Origin: Dudresnaya verticillata
Lineage: Eukaryota
DNA length: 64,000 nt
Assembly: GCA_977862235.1 (NCBI GenBank)
Contig: OZ374562.1
Span: forward strand, 248,001 to 312,000
Direction: 5' to 3'
Part shown: positions 1-10,744 of the stretch, in pieces
How positions within the stretch are numbered: position 1 is the stretch's first letter
How the letters are laid out: every line of letters begins with the position of its first letter
Notes under the pieces: generated by a model
Seen by the model: only the letters and a program-made list of their open reading frames with translations
Told to the model about the DNA's origin: nothing
Databases searched by the model: none
Translations under genes and position numbers: made by a program

Positions 1-3000
1 CCTACTCGCGATCTTGTTGTCAGTGCATGTGCAGACGTATTTGCACGTGAAGCGTTGCTTCACAGTGAAGGTCTGGACCTTAGTCCTAGTGGCCCTAGTG
101 GGCTAATTCAAGAGACTCTTCAAACACCATTGGAGAGTATCTTGTTTTCTCAACTCGGGAAGGTAGTACAGAGGATTCTCAGGGAAAACGGAAGCTGTAA
201 TGGTGGGAGGGTGAAGTCTGCTCTTGAAAGTATCTCGTTGATTTCCGTTGCGCATGGGTTTACTAACCTCAACTCACCTGGTGCACTTGTTTCGGCACAT
301 TTCATGCTGGTCATGGATGCCGTGAATCGCGGCCTCTTTCACCCAAACACCACGGATGCAGAACGCGTGAGGTATCTTCGAATGCTTGATGGAGTTATTG
401 ACATTGCCCGTGGATGTTTACACATGTACATTCCAAAGATGCTAGCTACGCTCAAGATGGCAATTGACCGCATCCGAGATAGTGCTGGCCTGTGCCAGAG
501 AATCTTGAAGGTATGGATGAGCTTTGTGAGTCGTCTTGATCCAAAACACCTGATCTTGCACTTGCCTACAGTCTTGTCAATTCTCATTCCGTTCGTCAGC
601 GAAAGCAATGCATTCATATCTCCAACTCTGGCAATTGTTATGGACAATGTTAAGACACAACCTTGCAGGCACTGGCCAGAGGTGATCCTGTTACTGCAGC
701 TTGCTCATAATGCGCCTCTCAATCGGATTGCAGGAAAACTGGAAACAAGAACAAGGCCTCGTTTATCGTGGCATGTGGCGGATGCTGTCTCGCCTGGTGG
801 TGCTAATTTGCGTTCTGCTCCCAAAAGGAATGGAACCGAGGTGATAGCAGAGGCTTGTGAAATCGTTGAGCGAATAATATCAAAGTACGAGAACGGCATG
901 ATAGAAGTATTGGCCGTTGATCACTTGGTCGGGCTATTACGGAAAAATCGCAGGCTGTTGGATCGAATACTCAAGGATCTAGTTAAAGAGCACGGCAAAG
1001 ATAATCATAGGAGGATTGGAATACTTTGCACGCTGCTTCGTACGCTTGTGAGAGCAATGGGAAGAACTACAAACATACGGTGCCAGGAAAAGTTAATGAG
1101 CTGCATGGGAGAAGTCGGCGCGTTGGACCCTGCAGTTGTGTCGCACATTGATATAAGTACTGCTCAACGCAAACAGTCCGGTGGTATTGAAAGCCGCAGA
1201 CCATATCCAGTAGCAATACTCAAGCTCAGAGCTTTTCTCCTAGACAATTTCTTGGCACCAGCCCTTGCTCTAGGGGAGAAACGTGGGGGTTTTAAGAACC
1301 AGAGTAATCGGTTGGGGTTGACGATTCAGGAAATGCTGCGAATTACTGGCTGTAAAAGGGAGTTTGCGTCCCGGGTGGTCACAGGAAACTTAGGCAAAGG
1401 GAAAAATGAAGGCGATGTGGATTGGGAGAACGGTATAGGACGATTGAGTGAAGAAGAGAAAGCAATATTCTTTTGGGAGCACCTGAAGGTTTCCACGAGA
1501 CCAGTCGTTCAACCTTATCTGGAAGAAATTTTCAACATAGAGCTCTTTAAGAGCGTATTTGGCGCGAACCCTGGGGATGAGCAGCGGGCTTGTGAGCCGG
1601 TTTGGCTCAAGGTCCGAGCTCTGAATGAGTCGGGCCAGGTCCCTAGTGCCGAGCAGTGGCGTCGGCAGATGATTGTGCAATTGGTGGATTACTGTGGCGA
1701 AGAGAGAATATACGGCGGGACTTTGAGAGCACTGAGACCGGTCTTGCGCTACCAAGACAATGTTACAGCATATGTATTCCCACTGGCTGTTACAACAGCC
1801 CTCGACGAACAGAAACGCAAGAAAAGTACTAAAATACTAGGCTTTCTGGCGCAGGAACTAAGCCTTGTGTTACGAGAAGGCTCCTCCGCCCAACCAGTAT
1901 TTGACCTACTGGATACATTACGACACTGGCGAGAGCAAAGGTGTGCAATACGCGGAAGGTTGTACAGAGTAAGAGATGCTCACGGAGTTGGGGGTGGCCC
2001 TGCCAAGCCGCCTAGTATGCAGTCTAATATCGAGTCCCATCGAAGAACGGACCCAGTAGCGCCCCTATGTGACCTCGATGGTGGAGAACATCAAGCCATC
2101 TCGCTTCTTGCACAAGCGAAATCCGCATTTGGCGCACGCTCATATGCACGTGCAATAATGCTTGCTGAGTGCCACATTAGGAACATGCGACAGAAGCGAG
2201 GATTCTCTAAATGGTCAGCATTCTTGAGAAGCTTGCGCGGTACAGAGGGACAGAAGGAGAGTGCGGATGGCGTAGCGCAATTAGAAGCCTTCCGCATCCT
2301 ACAAAAGAGCTTCGCAGAACTGGAAGATGCGGAAAGCATGACTGGTGTTGCGACGCTGAGGTCACACACCTCGTTAACTGATGTTGTCATTGATGCTGAG
2401 GCAGCGGGATGCTACGATGAGGCGTTAGTTACATACGAAAGAGCAATTGCAGAGAATCCTCGCAGCGAGAGTTTGCACTCCGGTTTTCTTGCTTGTCTAA
2501 TGACATTAGGCCACTGGGAGACGATGCTGTCTCATGCCGAGGGTCTGGTATCTTCTGCATGTATTTCGGAAATGGGTCTTCGTCAAAATGCCCAAGCTTC
2601 AGGTATTGATGCGGCCTGGCGACTGAAGAGATGGGATAGACTTTTACGTTTTGGTTACCATTCTGTAGATCTGGACGACAAGGTCGCATGTGGTTCGCCA
2701 TGGGTGCTGGACTTTAACCTTGCGTTTGGTAGGATGCTCCTTGGCCTCCGACAGCGGAACTTGTGTGTAGTCAAGCTGGCTGCTTCAGAAGCTAGACAGA
2801 AGTTGTTGTCGCCAGTAGCTATGCTCGCCAAGGAAGGATACCGCCGTTTATATCCTGTAATCGTCCTACTTCAGACTGTATCCGAAGTTGAGGATGCAAT
2901 GGAGACCATTGGGAAAGATCATGCACGTTGCATGGGTGCCGATCGGGGGAGAGACAATGCTATTGACGGATTCCCACCTCTTATATTGCTGGAGGGTCGG

Positions 3001-5403
3001 ACAGCCGCAACGCAGGAGTCACTACGGATTAGGGAGCCTCTCCTCACAACTAGAAGGGTGGCATTCGAGATTCTTGGTATGTCCAGCGAAGCTGCAAGGG
3101 CCAGTCTGGAGCTGGCTACGTTAGCACACGTTGGTGGGAATCTCCGAGCAGCCTCTATCTGTGCTTACCAGGCCTCGAAGATAGCACCCAGTGACGAAGA
3201 GGTTGTAAACGCTGCAAAGATCCAGATGGCCAAAATCCGCCATCAGCAAGGGGACCTTGGTGAGGCGCTGTTGATGGTTGCAAGAGAGATTGAGAGGCTC
3301 ATGTGTGTCGCCATCGACACATATGGAGATTGTAATCCTTCAAGTATGCCGCAAAGGCATGCCGGCCGACTTGCCGAAGGACATGTCTTGGCTGGAAAAT
3401 GGATCGAGGAGGCCGGGAGTGAGTCCTCAGATGTTATTGGGATACACTTCGAAAAGGCCGTGCAGTTCGGGCCGACTCGCGAAGAGCCTTTCTATGCTCT
3501 AGGTCGCCATTTCGATAGACTTCTGCAAGCCCATGCTGGAGGTGGAAACACAGAGGTGCGTAGAAGCAAGGGAAGGTCTTCCCGAAGCTCCGGACCAGAT
3601 CCATCAACGAAGTTTCTCAAGTTCAGCTATTATATCCCCTTGATCATTGAGAACTTCACAAAAGCGCTCTGTAACGGTCACAGTCGGTTGTATGATGCTA
3701 TGCCTAGAATGTTAACAGTTTGGTTCGATTACCATTCTGCTGCTGATTGTCCGGAATCCAAACTGGTTGGAGGTCCAGCGGAAGCATCAGTGAAATATGG
3801 AATCAAGCGGGCATTTGACACCATCCCAAGTTACATGTGGATGTCTGCAGTTCCCCAACTTATGAGCCGCCTGCTGCACCCAAGGAAACTAGTGAGGGAA
3901 GAACTGACCAATTTTCTCGCGAGGCTGACTTGTATCTACCCGGATCAGTGTGCTTGGTTAGTCTGGCCAGCGAGCCATCTAAATAACACTGAAAGAAAGA
4001 AGGCCGTGGCTGTGATTATAAATACGGCCGTCACAAATCTCAGGAACGGTAAAGTACGCATTGAGAGTAACGGACAAGAAACGCCACAGCAACAAGCGCA
4101 ACAACTGCGCATCAGAATGAAAACCGGTCTCAGCATTTTGCAGGGCTTCGTTAAAATTTGTTTGAAGAAACTAGACTCGAACAAGAAGGCCCGCAGCTAC
4201 GACTTCTCAGACGAATTCAAGGGAGTAAAAACAACGCTTGGGATGGACGCAATGATGAATCCAATGATTCCAACACTTGAGCTACTGACTGTGCGAATGC
4301 CCAGCGCGTCAGGAAAAAACCATCGGCCGTTTGGAGCCGAACCTCCCCGGATAGCAGATTTGGAAAATGAGGCCTTGGTAATGTCATCGGCCATGTTGCC
4401 AAGAAGGATCACTCTACTCGGAAGTGATGGGCAGCAGTATCGGTACTTGGCGAAACAAGAAACATCTGGTGATATGCGAAAGGACAGTCGTCTTGTGGAA
4501 TTTATAACCGTGGTGAACAGACTTCTCTCCAAGGATACACTCTCTCAAAAGAGAGATATTGTGCTCAAAACATATGCAGTGTTACCCCTCACGGAAGAAG
4601 CAGGAATGATTGAATGGGTAAATCACCTCACACCAATGAGAGCCCTGGTGAATGGGCATCACCGACGGCTTAAAGTTTACCCAGAAATGCAAGAGATACA
4701 CAGAATGTATAAGAAGTGCTCTAATAACCTTAGAAGATTTCATGAGTGGGCGTTGGATGTGTTTCCTCCAGTGCTGGACAAATACTTTCTCGAAAACTTT
4801 GGCAGCTGGTCTGACCCTCACTCGTGGTTGGAGGCCAGGAATCTATGGACGCAGTCTGTTGCTGTGTGGTCGATGGCCGGATACGTTGTGGGCCTTGGAG
4901 ATCGGCATGGAGAGAACATACTACTGGAAACAACAACTGGTCGATGCGTACATGTGGACTTTGCAATGCTCTTTGATAAGGGTAAGCGTTTGAGGGTGCC
5001 AGAGGTAGTGCCATTTCGGCTAACACCGAATATGGTTACTGCAATGGGGGTTGCGGGGTACGAAGGAGTGTTCCGAGCCGTCGCCGAAAGGGTTCTTGGC
5101 ATTCTTCGGGGAAACACAGAAGGGTTAATGGGGGTGCTTGAAGCATTTTTGTACGATCCTCTGGCGGACTGGAGCACGACTAAGACTACTAGGACAAAGG
5201 ATGATAGCGCTTTCCATGTCGAGATGGTGACTTCGAAGGAAGCGTGGCAAATGAAAGCGGCGGTCAAAGCAAAGTTAGGAGGAATAATGGATGATACAGG
5301 TCTACCTCTGTCTGTCAAGGGGCAAGTACAGCGGCTAATCCATGAAGCCACAAGTGCGGACAATTTGTGTAGGATGTATATTTGGTGGAGCGGCTGGGTG
5401 TAG
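1..5403 (+). CDS. ATR: Serine/threonine-protein kinase ATR (Mec1/Rad3 PIKK family), 5'-truncated by window edge
   Basis: Frame is open from base 1. FAT-like region; PIKK catalytic motifs (GDMRKDSRLVEF, GLGDRHGENILL, HVDFAMLF, EVVPFRLTPNM); FATC end (QVQRLIHEATSADNLCRMYIWWSGWV*) typical of ATR. Confidence 0.93.
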   Translation, partial: PTRDLVVSACADVFAREALLHSEGLDLSPSGPSGLIQETLQTPLESILFSQLGKVVQRILRENGSCNGGRVKSALESISLISVAHGFTNLNSPGALVSAHFMLVMDAVNRGLFHPNTTDAERVRYLRMLDGVIDIARGCLHMYIPKMLATLKMAIDRIRDSAGLCQRILKVWMSFVSRLDPKHLILHLPTVLSILIPFVSESNAFISPTLAIVMDNVKTQPCRHWPEVILLLQLAHNAPLNRIAGKLETRTRPRLSWHVADAVSPGGANLRSAPKRNGTEVIAEACEIVERIISKYENGMIEVLAVDHLVGLLRKNRRLLDRILKDLVKEHGKDNHRRIGILCTLLRTLVRAMGRTTNIRCQEKLMSCMGEVGALDPAVVSHIDISTAQRKQSGGIESRRPYPVAILKLRAFLLDNFLAPALALGEKRGGFKNQSNRLGLTIQEMLRITGCKREFASRVVTGNLGKGKNEGDVDWENGIGRLSEEEKAIFFWEHLKVSTRPVVQPYLEEIFNIELFKSVFGANPGDEQRACEPVWLKVRALNESGQVPSAEQWRRQMIVQLVDYCGEERIYGGTLRALRPVLRYQDNVTAYVFPLAVTTALDEQKRKKSTKILGFLAQELSLVLREGSSAQPVFDLLDTLRHWREQRCAIRGRLYRVRDAHGVGGGPAKPPSMQSNIESHRRTDPVAPLCDLDGGEHQAISLLAQAKSAFGARSYARAIMLAECHIRNMRQKRGFSKWSAFLRSLRGTEGQKESADGVAQLEAFRILQKSFAELEDAESMTGVATLRSHTSLTDVVIDAEAAGCYDEALVTYERAIAENPRSESLHSGFLACLMTLGHWETMLSHAEGLVSSACISEMGLRQNAQASGIDAAWRLKRWDRLLRFGYHSVDLDDKVACGSPWVLDFNLAFGRMLLGLRQRNLCVVKLAASEARQKLLSPVAMLAKEGYRRLYPVIVLLQTVSEVEDAMETIGKDHARCMGADRGRDNAIDGFPPLILLEGRTAATQESLRIREPLLTTRRVAFEILGMSSEAARASLELATLAHVGGNLRAASICAYQASKIAPSDEEVVNAAKIQMAKIRHQQGDLGEALLMVAREIERLMCVAIDTYGDCNPSSMPQRHAGRLAEGHVLAGKWIEEAGSESSDVIGIHFEKAVQFGPTREEPFYALGRHFDRLLQAHAGGGNTEVRRSKGRSSRSSGPDPSTKFLKFSYYIPLIIENFTKALCNGHSRLYDAMPRMLTVWFDYHSAADCPESKLVGGPAEASVKYGIKRAFDTIPSYMWMSAVPQLMSRLLHPRKLVREELTNFLARLTCIYPDQCAWLVWPASHLNNTERKKAVAVIINTAVTNLRNGKVRIESNGQETPQQQAQQLRIRMKTGLSILQGFVKICLKKLDSNKKARSYDFSDEFKGVKTTLGMDAMMNPMIPTLELLTVRMPSASGKNHRPFGAEPPRIADLENEALVMSSAMLPRRITLLGSDGQQYRYLAKQETSGDMRKDSRLVEFITVVNRLLSKDTLSQKRDIVLKTYAVLPLTEEAGMIEWVNHLTPMRALVNGHHRRLKVYPEMQEIHRMYKKCSNNLRRFHEWALDVFPPVLDKYFLENFGSWSDPHSWLEARNLWTQSVAVWSMAGYVVGLGDRHGENILLETTTGRCVHVDFAMLFDKGKRLRVPEVVPFRLTPNMVTAMGVAGYEGVFRAVAERVLGILRGNTEGLMGVLEAFLYDPLADWSTTKTTRTKDDSAFHVEMVTSKEAWQMKAAVKAKLGGIMDDTGLPLSVKGQVQRLIHEATSADNLCRMYIWWSGWV

Positions 5404-6690
5404 CAATACTGTACGGGGCCAGTTTAGAAGGAGTCGAGTTCGTATCGCTGACATTGTGGGACACTAGCGCACACACAGATGTTCAGTAACTAGGGGCTCG
5501 GGGCTTTGTTTTCTATGAGAATCTCGGCGGAATTCTCGAAGTGGCGGTTTCTCGATTCGGTAGATATCCCAGCTGTGGAGTAGCTGGGACTCAGTTTGCC
5601 TCCTTGACGGATGGACACAAAGGACATTTTGCTGACTTCAAAACTGCCGCCCCCACAGACCTGCGCACACTACACACATATCAACGTTACCGTTGCTTGC
5701 CAAGCTTCCGGAAGCTGCAGAGGGACCCGATATTTTTCTCTCGAGCAAGATACCATCGAGATGAAGTTTAGAATGGAATCTTTGTTGCTCAGATGAATCT
5801 TTGAATGGCTTGGAGCTCGTGGTGGAAGAGCGCGGACCGCAAGTTTGAGATTGGCCATCTGTATATACCATTGTCCCTCTGTGCACCGGTGCCGACCGGT
5901 AAGCCATATGATACCAGACGTGTCACGTGTTGATGTGATGCGAACAACAAGAAGACGGCACAAAGCTGCTGGTTGCCGCTTCTGCCACCGCACAAATTTA
6001 GTAAGGCAAGGTCCCACACTTGCGCACAACCACAAAATCCTGAAAACTGCCCTTTGTTCGGCACAATCCAATGCAACAGCATACTCCCTTTGCGCCAGCG
6101 CTGCCCGTTGGCCTGACGGCGCCCGCACCGCTCGCTCGCACACACAGGAAAGAGCACGAAGTACAGTGCTGCATTCCTGGCCGTGAATCTTGGCGGCGCG
6201 CTCCAATGAAAACGACCCATATGCCGTGAGCGCATTCCGTGCAGATCGCACCAGTCAAATACATCTTTTCATCGCTCTCGTGCGGCTCTCGTGCGGCACA
6301 ATCGATCGATCGGCAATGGGGGACAGTCAATAGTCTCTGCCGCCCTTCAATCGACTGCGCAACTGGATACTTTCGCGTTGTTAGTATTGTCAAGGATGGA
6401 GTGACGTGTGGAACCGGATCTCGTGAGGGGGCTCAACATCTTCGGGTCTTCGCACGAAAACACGGCAACTGGGCCTTTCAAGGTTGCAAGTTTTGGCAAA
6501 CAGATTGGCAGCAAGTGCTTTGCAGTTGCTGAACCGCGTTCGTTCAGTTAGTTTAAAGTGTTAGTTAGATACCCCGCCTCTGCTGAAAGGTGGGACAGCG
6601 TCTCCGCGAACACTGTGTCACGGGCCTATGTAATGCAGCAAGTACTCAAGAAAAAAAAACAAAATGCCCAAAAGCCATACATCCCGCACC

Positions 6691-7872
6691 TCATGCCACT
6701 GTCTTCTCGTAAGAATATACCACCTCTCCTGCGTCATTGACAGCATCCGCTGAAAACAATCTCCCATCAAATCTAAATGAGAAGAAACCGTGTACTGACT
6801 GTGCCCAGACAGTTCGCGGCGCGTCCCGGTCGTCCGTGGGAGGGACGACACCGCAGCACCTGTACCATTTTTCCCGTTCTTGTACGGATGGCACTACGAT
6901 GTCGTCCAGTTTGCTCCCAGCGCCTGAGATGAAGTGATCCACCACTGGCGAAAACGGAGCACCCTCGATCGGGTCGACAGTCTCCCTCCCGTACGGTTGC
7001 ATGTGCATGAGCGAATGTTCATGACCTGAAATGTAGGCCAGAATCCGATGGCGGTATGGTAGCAGTAGTGGCTCGACACCTTCGCGGAGTTCGGACGAGC
7101 CCAAATGGCCCCCGGTCGACACGGTGTATAGGTTGTGATGCCCGACGATGAGAAAGTAGGACGACGGCGGGGTATTGGCCAGCTGGCGCTTGAGCCAGCG
7201 AAGCTGGGTCTGTGTGGACTGCTTATTCTTCGAGCGTGCAATGTCTCCATACTTGGTGTTGACAAATGGAGTGGTGTCCAAAAAGATGGCGACAAGGTTG
7301 CCGGCAAAGCGCTGCGCAAAGTAGGTAGCGGGCATGTTCCACCGGGCATTGACGCGGGTGAAGTCGACCTGTGCGCTGATGGAGCCGACGTGGTCATGGT
7401 TGCCCAAGACGACGTACCACGGGAGGTTAGACAGGACGGTGTGATTGTAGACATTTGCGTAGGAAGAGGTGAAATGATCATCATGGACGGAGGCGACACC
7501 CGACTTGTAGAAGTTGTCCCCTGTGGAGAGGATGTAGTGCGGGTTGTAGCCGGTCGTGGACAGGGTGTGCGTCACGGTGTCGGCCATGGCCTGCGCGACG
7601 CGGCGCTGGCCATGCAGGCCGTTGCGGCCCCAGTCGCCCAGGGCCAGGAACGAGATGGGGACGTACGGGGCGGCCATGCTCTGCGGGGCGGACTCTGCGA
7701 CGCCCGGGTGGGTTTGGTGCGCGAATGTGCGCGATCCAGTCAGGCGCAGCAGCAGCGGGAGCGAGAGCACCAGCGGGACGAAGAGGTACAGCGCGCGGGG
7801 CGGCGGCGCACGGGCTCGCGGCGAGGGTATAGAAGGCGGGAGTAGCAGCGGGGTACTCTCGGTGGAGGACAT
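6691..7872 (-). CDS. Purple acid phosphatase / tartrate-resistant (type 5) metallophosphoesterase with N-terminal membrane anchor
   Basis: All five PAP metal-ligand blocks (GDWG, GDNFY, GNHD, VGHH, GHEH) plus SGAGS; hydrophobic stretch LYLFVPLVLSLPLLL near the N-terminus. Confidence 0.9.
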   Translation of the reverse strand: MSSTESTPLLLPPSIPSPRARAPPPRALYLFVPLVLSLPLLLRLTGSRTFAHQTHPGVAESAPQSMAAPYVPISFLALGDWGRNGLHGQRRVAQAMADTVTHTLSTTGYNPHYILSTGDNFYKSGVASVHDDHFTSSYANVYNHTVLSNLPWYVVLGNHDHVGSISAQVDFTRVNARWNMPATYFAQRFAGNLVAIFLDTTPFVNTKYGDIARSKNKQSTQTQLRWLKRQLANTPPSSYFLIVGHHNLYTVSTGGHLGSSELREGVEPLLLPYRHRILAYISGHEHSLMHMQPYGRETVDPIEGAPFSPVVDHFISGAGSKLDDIVVPSVQEREKWYRCCGVVPPTDDRDAPRTVWAQSVHGFFSFRFDGRLFSADAVNDAGEVVYSYEKTVA

Positions 7873-7949
7873 GGTGGAGGGGCGCGGCGGTGGAGGGGGT
7901 TGCCGAAGGGACTGGGACTGGGACTGACTGTGGGTGGGAGAGCGAGGTG

Positions 7950-7950
<1 letters not shown>

Positions 7951-7984
<34 letters not shown>
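7951..7984. repeat. Poly-G run (34 nt) just upstream of the phosphatase ATG
   Basis: Seen directly. A TATA-like TTTAAATA on the minus strand lies at ~8002-8009. Confidence 0.9.
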
Positions 7985-7985
<1 letters not shown>

Positions 7986-8900
7986 ATGGAAACAGACCGG
8001 GTATTTAAAGGCGGGCGCGGATGGGCGCGGGACGGGCGGCGCGGGACGGGCGGCGCGGGGCAAATGGCGCGGCGCCATTGTACGATTGGTGTTGGGGTAT
8101 CTAAGTTGATGCTGAGGCTCGAGAGCACAAGCAACTAAGGGCGGTGCGCGCTTCGCCCGCAGCGGCGGTTGGCGCCCGAACCGACGCGCCCATTTGTGCC
8201 CGAGCGCACTGCCCAATCGGCCGCGCGTGAGGCTCAACCGGTGCCACGGCGCGTACGGAATCTTTTCAATCGTTGCTTTCACCCCTCAATCTGAGGTCGC
8301 TGCGCCGCCCACTGGGCCACCCGTGCCGGCGTTCCGCCGTCGTGCATCCCACAGGCGGCTCCATGCGCGGCCCGAGCTTGTCAACAGACCGACCCCTTCC
8401 GGCCTTCCGGCCTCGGCCCGGAATATTCCGCTTCAGGAGCCGTACCAATTACCCGCACAGCCGCCCCGGCCCCAATTACTCCCGCAATTGCCCCCCCACC
8501 AATTACTCCCCCAATCGCCCTCCCCTCCCCCCCCCCCCGATGTAATTGCTCCGCCTTCCAGCGTGGAATTTGGCCCGCGTGATCTGCTGCACATATCTCC
8601 ACCACGTGTACCACTTGCACGTTTTCAATTGGCCGTGTAGCTGCCTCGCCAGCACACCAAACTGGCCCGACAGGCGCCCTGCCACGAGGAGCAGAGCACC
8701 GTATCTGGCCCCAACTGTCCAACGCCAACCCGCCTACCGCACACCACAGCTACAACGCCTGCTTCCGACTGCCAACCAACGCGCGCAACCGTCGCACACG
8801 CACCCGCCAACCCACCCACCCCACCCGCCCCCCCTACCCTCCCTTCGCCTACCACTCCGTTCCCCATCACCCCCACCCCCACCCCTACCCCCGCACGCCT

Positions 8901-9722
8901 ATGGGCGCCCGTGCAGACACCCCCGAGATGCGCTGCGTCCACTGCTCGGCCACCGAGACCCCGCTGTGGCGCGCCGGCCCGGCCGGCCCGAAGACCCTGT
9001 GCAACGCCTGCGGCGTGCGCTGGAAGAAGACCGGCTCGGTCATCCCGCGCGCAAAGCGCCCCACTCCGCCCTCATCCGCCCCGCAGACTGCACACCAACC
9101 ACCTGCCCACCCGGCCGTGCGCAAGCGCGCCCGCGTCGCCACCCCGCCCCCGCCCGATCCACCCACGCATCCACCCCCAGCTTCGCCCCCCGATCCGCGC
9201 GCCGCAGCCGCCGCTGCCGCTGCTACCAATATCCAGGCCCCCAAGCCCATTTCAGTCTTCCGTATATCCGATGCCGGTAGATCGAAGTATGAATCTGTCT
9301 TCACAGGGCTTATGGCCGTCAATCGCGCCCCGAAGCCCGATGAGAAAAATCCTGCTGGTGCCCCTGACGACCCCCTCGTCCTACCTAGGGTTCGTACCCG
9401 TACCCAGACCACAAAGGGTACCGCCTTTTTTGGAGAGTTTGCACCGCCTCAACGCCCCCCGCCACTCGATCTGCCGAACAGCCCACTCCCACCACCTACC
9501 TCATCCCCACCGTGCCCCAGCCCACCGCCTGTGGAGCGTCCGCAACAACAGGAAGAAGAGACTACCGCAGGAGGTCCCATTGGGGGTGGTGTATACGTAA
9601 CCGAAGTACATGCACCAAGTCCAAGCCCAAGCCCGCCCCCATTGCCTCGTGTCAAACGTACGCCGGAGGGGGGAGGCTTTACTTTAATGATGTCTGTTAG
9701 GCAGAGGAAAGATCCGATGTAA
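8901..9722 (+). CDS. GATA zinc-finger transcription factor (C-x2-C-x18-C-x2-C)
   Basis: [30 protein letters not shown] followed by a basic stretch and a Pro-rich low-complexity tail. Confidence 0.9.
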   Translation: MGARADTPEMRCVHCSATETPLWRAGPAGPKTLCNACGVRWKKTGSVIPRAKRPTPPSSAPQTAHQPPAHPAVRKRARVATPPPPDPPTHPPPASPPDPRAAAAAAAATNIQAPKPISVFRISDAGRSKYESVFTGLMAVNRAPKPDEKNPAGAPDDPLVLPRVRTRTQTTKGTAFFGEFAPPQRPPPLDLPNSPLPPPTSSPPCPSPPPVERPQQQEEETTAGGPIGGGVYVTEVHAPSPSPSPPPLPRVKRTPEGGGFTLMMSVRQRKDPM

Positions 9723-9899
9723 CTCTATGGACTCAAGCTCTTTGTACGGGTTTGTAGTACGTTAACGTCCTGCTCGTTGTACTGGTTACTGTTTTTTTGT
9801 CCCTGTTGTGTGTCCCACGTTTTGCCCAATTTTGGTGCGGACGGCTGCTGCAGGTCTAGCCTTATCACCCTTTATTGCTTGTTCTGTACAAGGATCTGC

Positions 9900-10300
9900 A
9901 GGTAACCCTGTACAATACTCGATTAATCTTTTGGTCTCAGCACTTGTGGCAACTTGATTCTTCGACCAAAGATCCTTTTTGTTATCTTACTGCTAGCACA
10001 CTTTGTTCATCTGCACTTTGGGTAGATCTCAGTTTACCGAAGATAAATAGTTTGTCATTGTCAATAGAGAAACTAGCTCTTCATCTTGTCTTCGATCTTT
10101 AGCTTGTTTTTCCATTTCATGGGTTGACGTTGTTCGCATAGAAGCGTTGGATGTCCCCTCTCCCACAGTATAGTTTTCCCTGTTTCAAAAGAGAAGCTTC
10201 CCCTCAACCAGATACAAAAAATTCATTGGTTTACATTTAACAAACGTTTTACCCAGGGAGTCTTGTTTCTTGCGATTTCAACATCCTTTCACAAGCTCCG
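9900..10300 (-). mobile_element. Possible heavily decayed Ty3/Gypsy pol fragment
   Basis: AT-richer island. Minus-strand frames give FSIDNDKLFIFGKL then (frameshift) PKVQMNKVC*Q*DNKK, loosely resembling the segment before the integrase His-His zinc motif. Many stops. Confidence 0.25.
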
Positions 10301-10744
10301 TGCCTTGTGTCATATCGCTCGGAACTGTAATGAGGACAAAAAAGACTGCTTTCTTCTACTGTCTAACCGAATTTTTGGCCGGGCCTTGTGTATAACGAGA
10401 GGACAGTTCTGAACCTCGAGGCGATTTCTGCTCTATGCCAACAGCTGCCCGCCTTATGTTATGCATACAAATCTAGCCCGAGTGATAAAGGCATTCGCGA
10501 AGAATGCGGCTAGAGAAGGCGTACGGAGCCAGAGAAGAGCATTGCTTGTTCGCTGGGCAACTGCGTCGTTTGCTCACGGAAAATTCAAGCATTGCTACAC
10601 ATGGCCACACACACGTACATCTGTCCGCAAAACCAATGATTGGCAACAGCAAACCCTATGCCTCGAAGTTCGCTTCCGCACAGCCTGTGATTGACCAGAG
10701 ATAGAAAACGAGGCGACGTGCAGGACACGTGAGACAAACAGCGG

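Noticed and set aside
5541..6600. Short ORFs in intergenic stretches (also 15200-16700, 28700-29900, 31900-33600, 36400-38000)
   Set aside because: Non-ATG starts or no recognisable motifs; treated as non-coding, though small spliced genes cannot be excluded.
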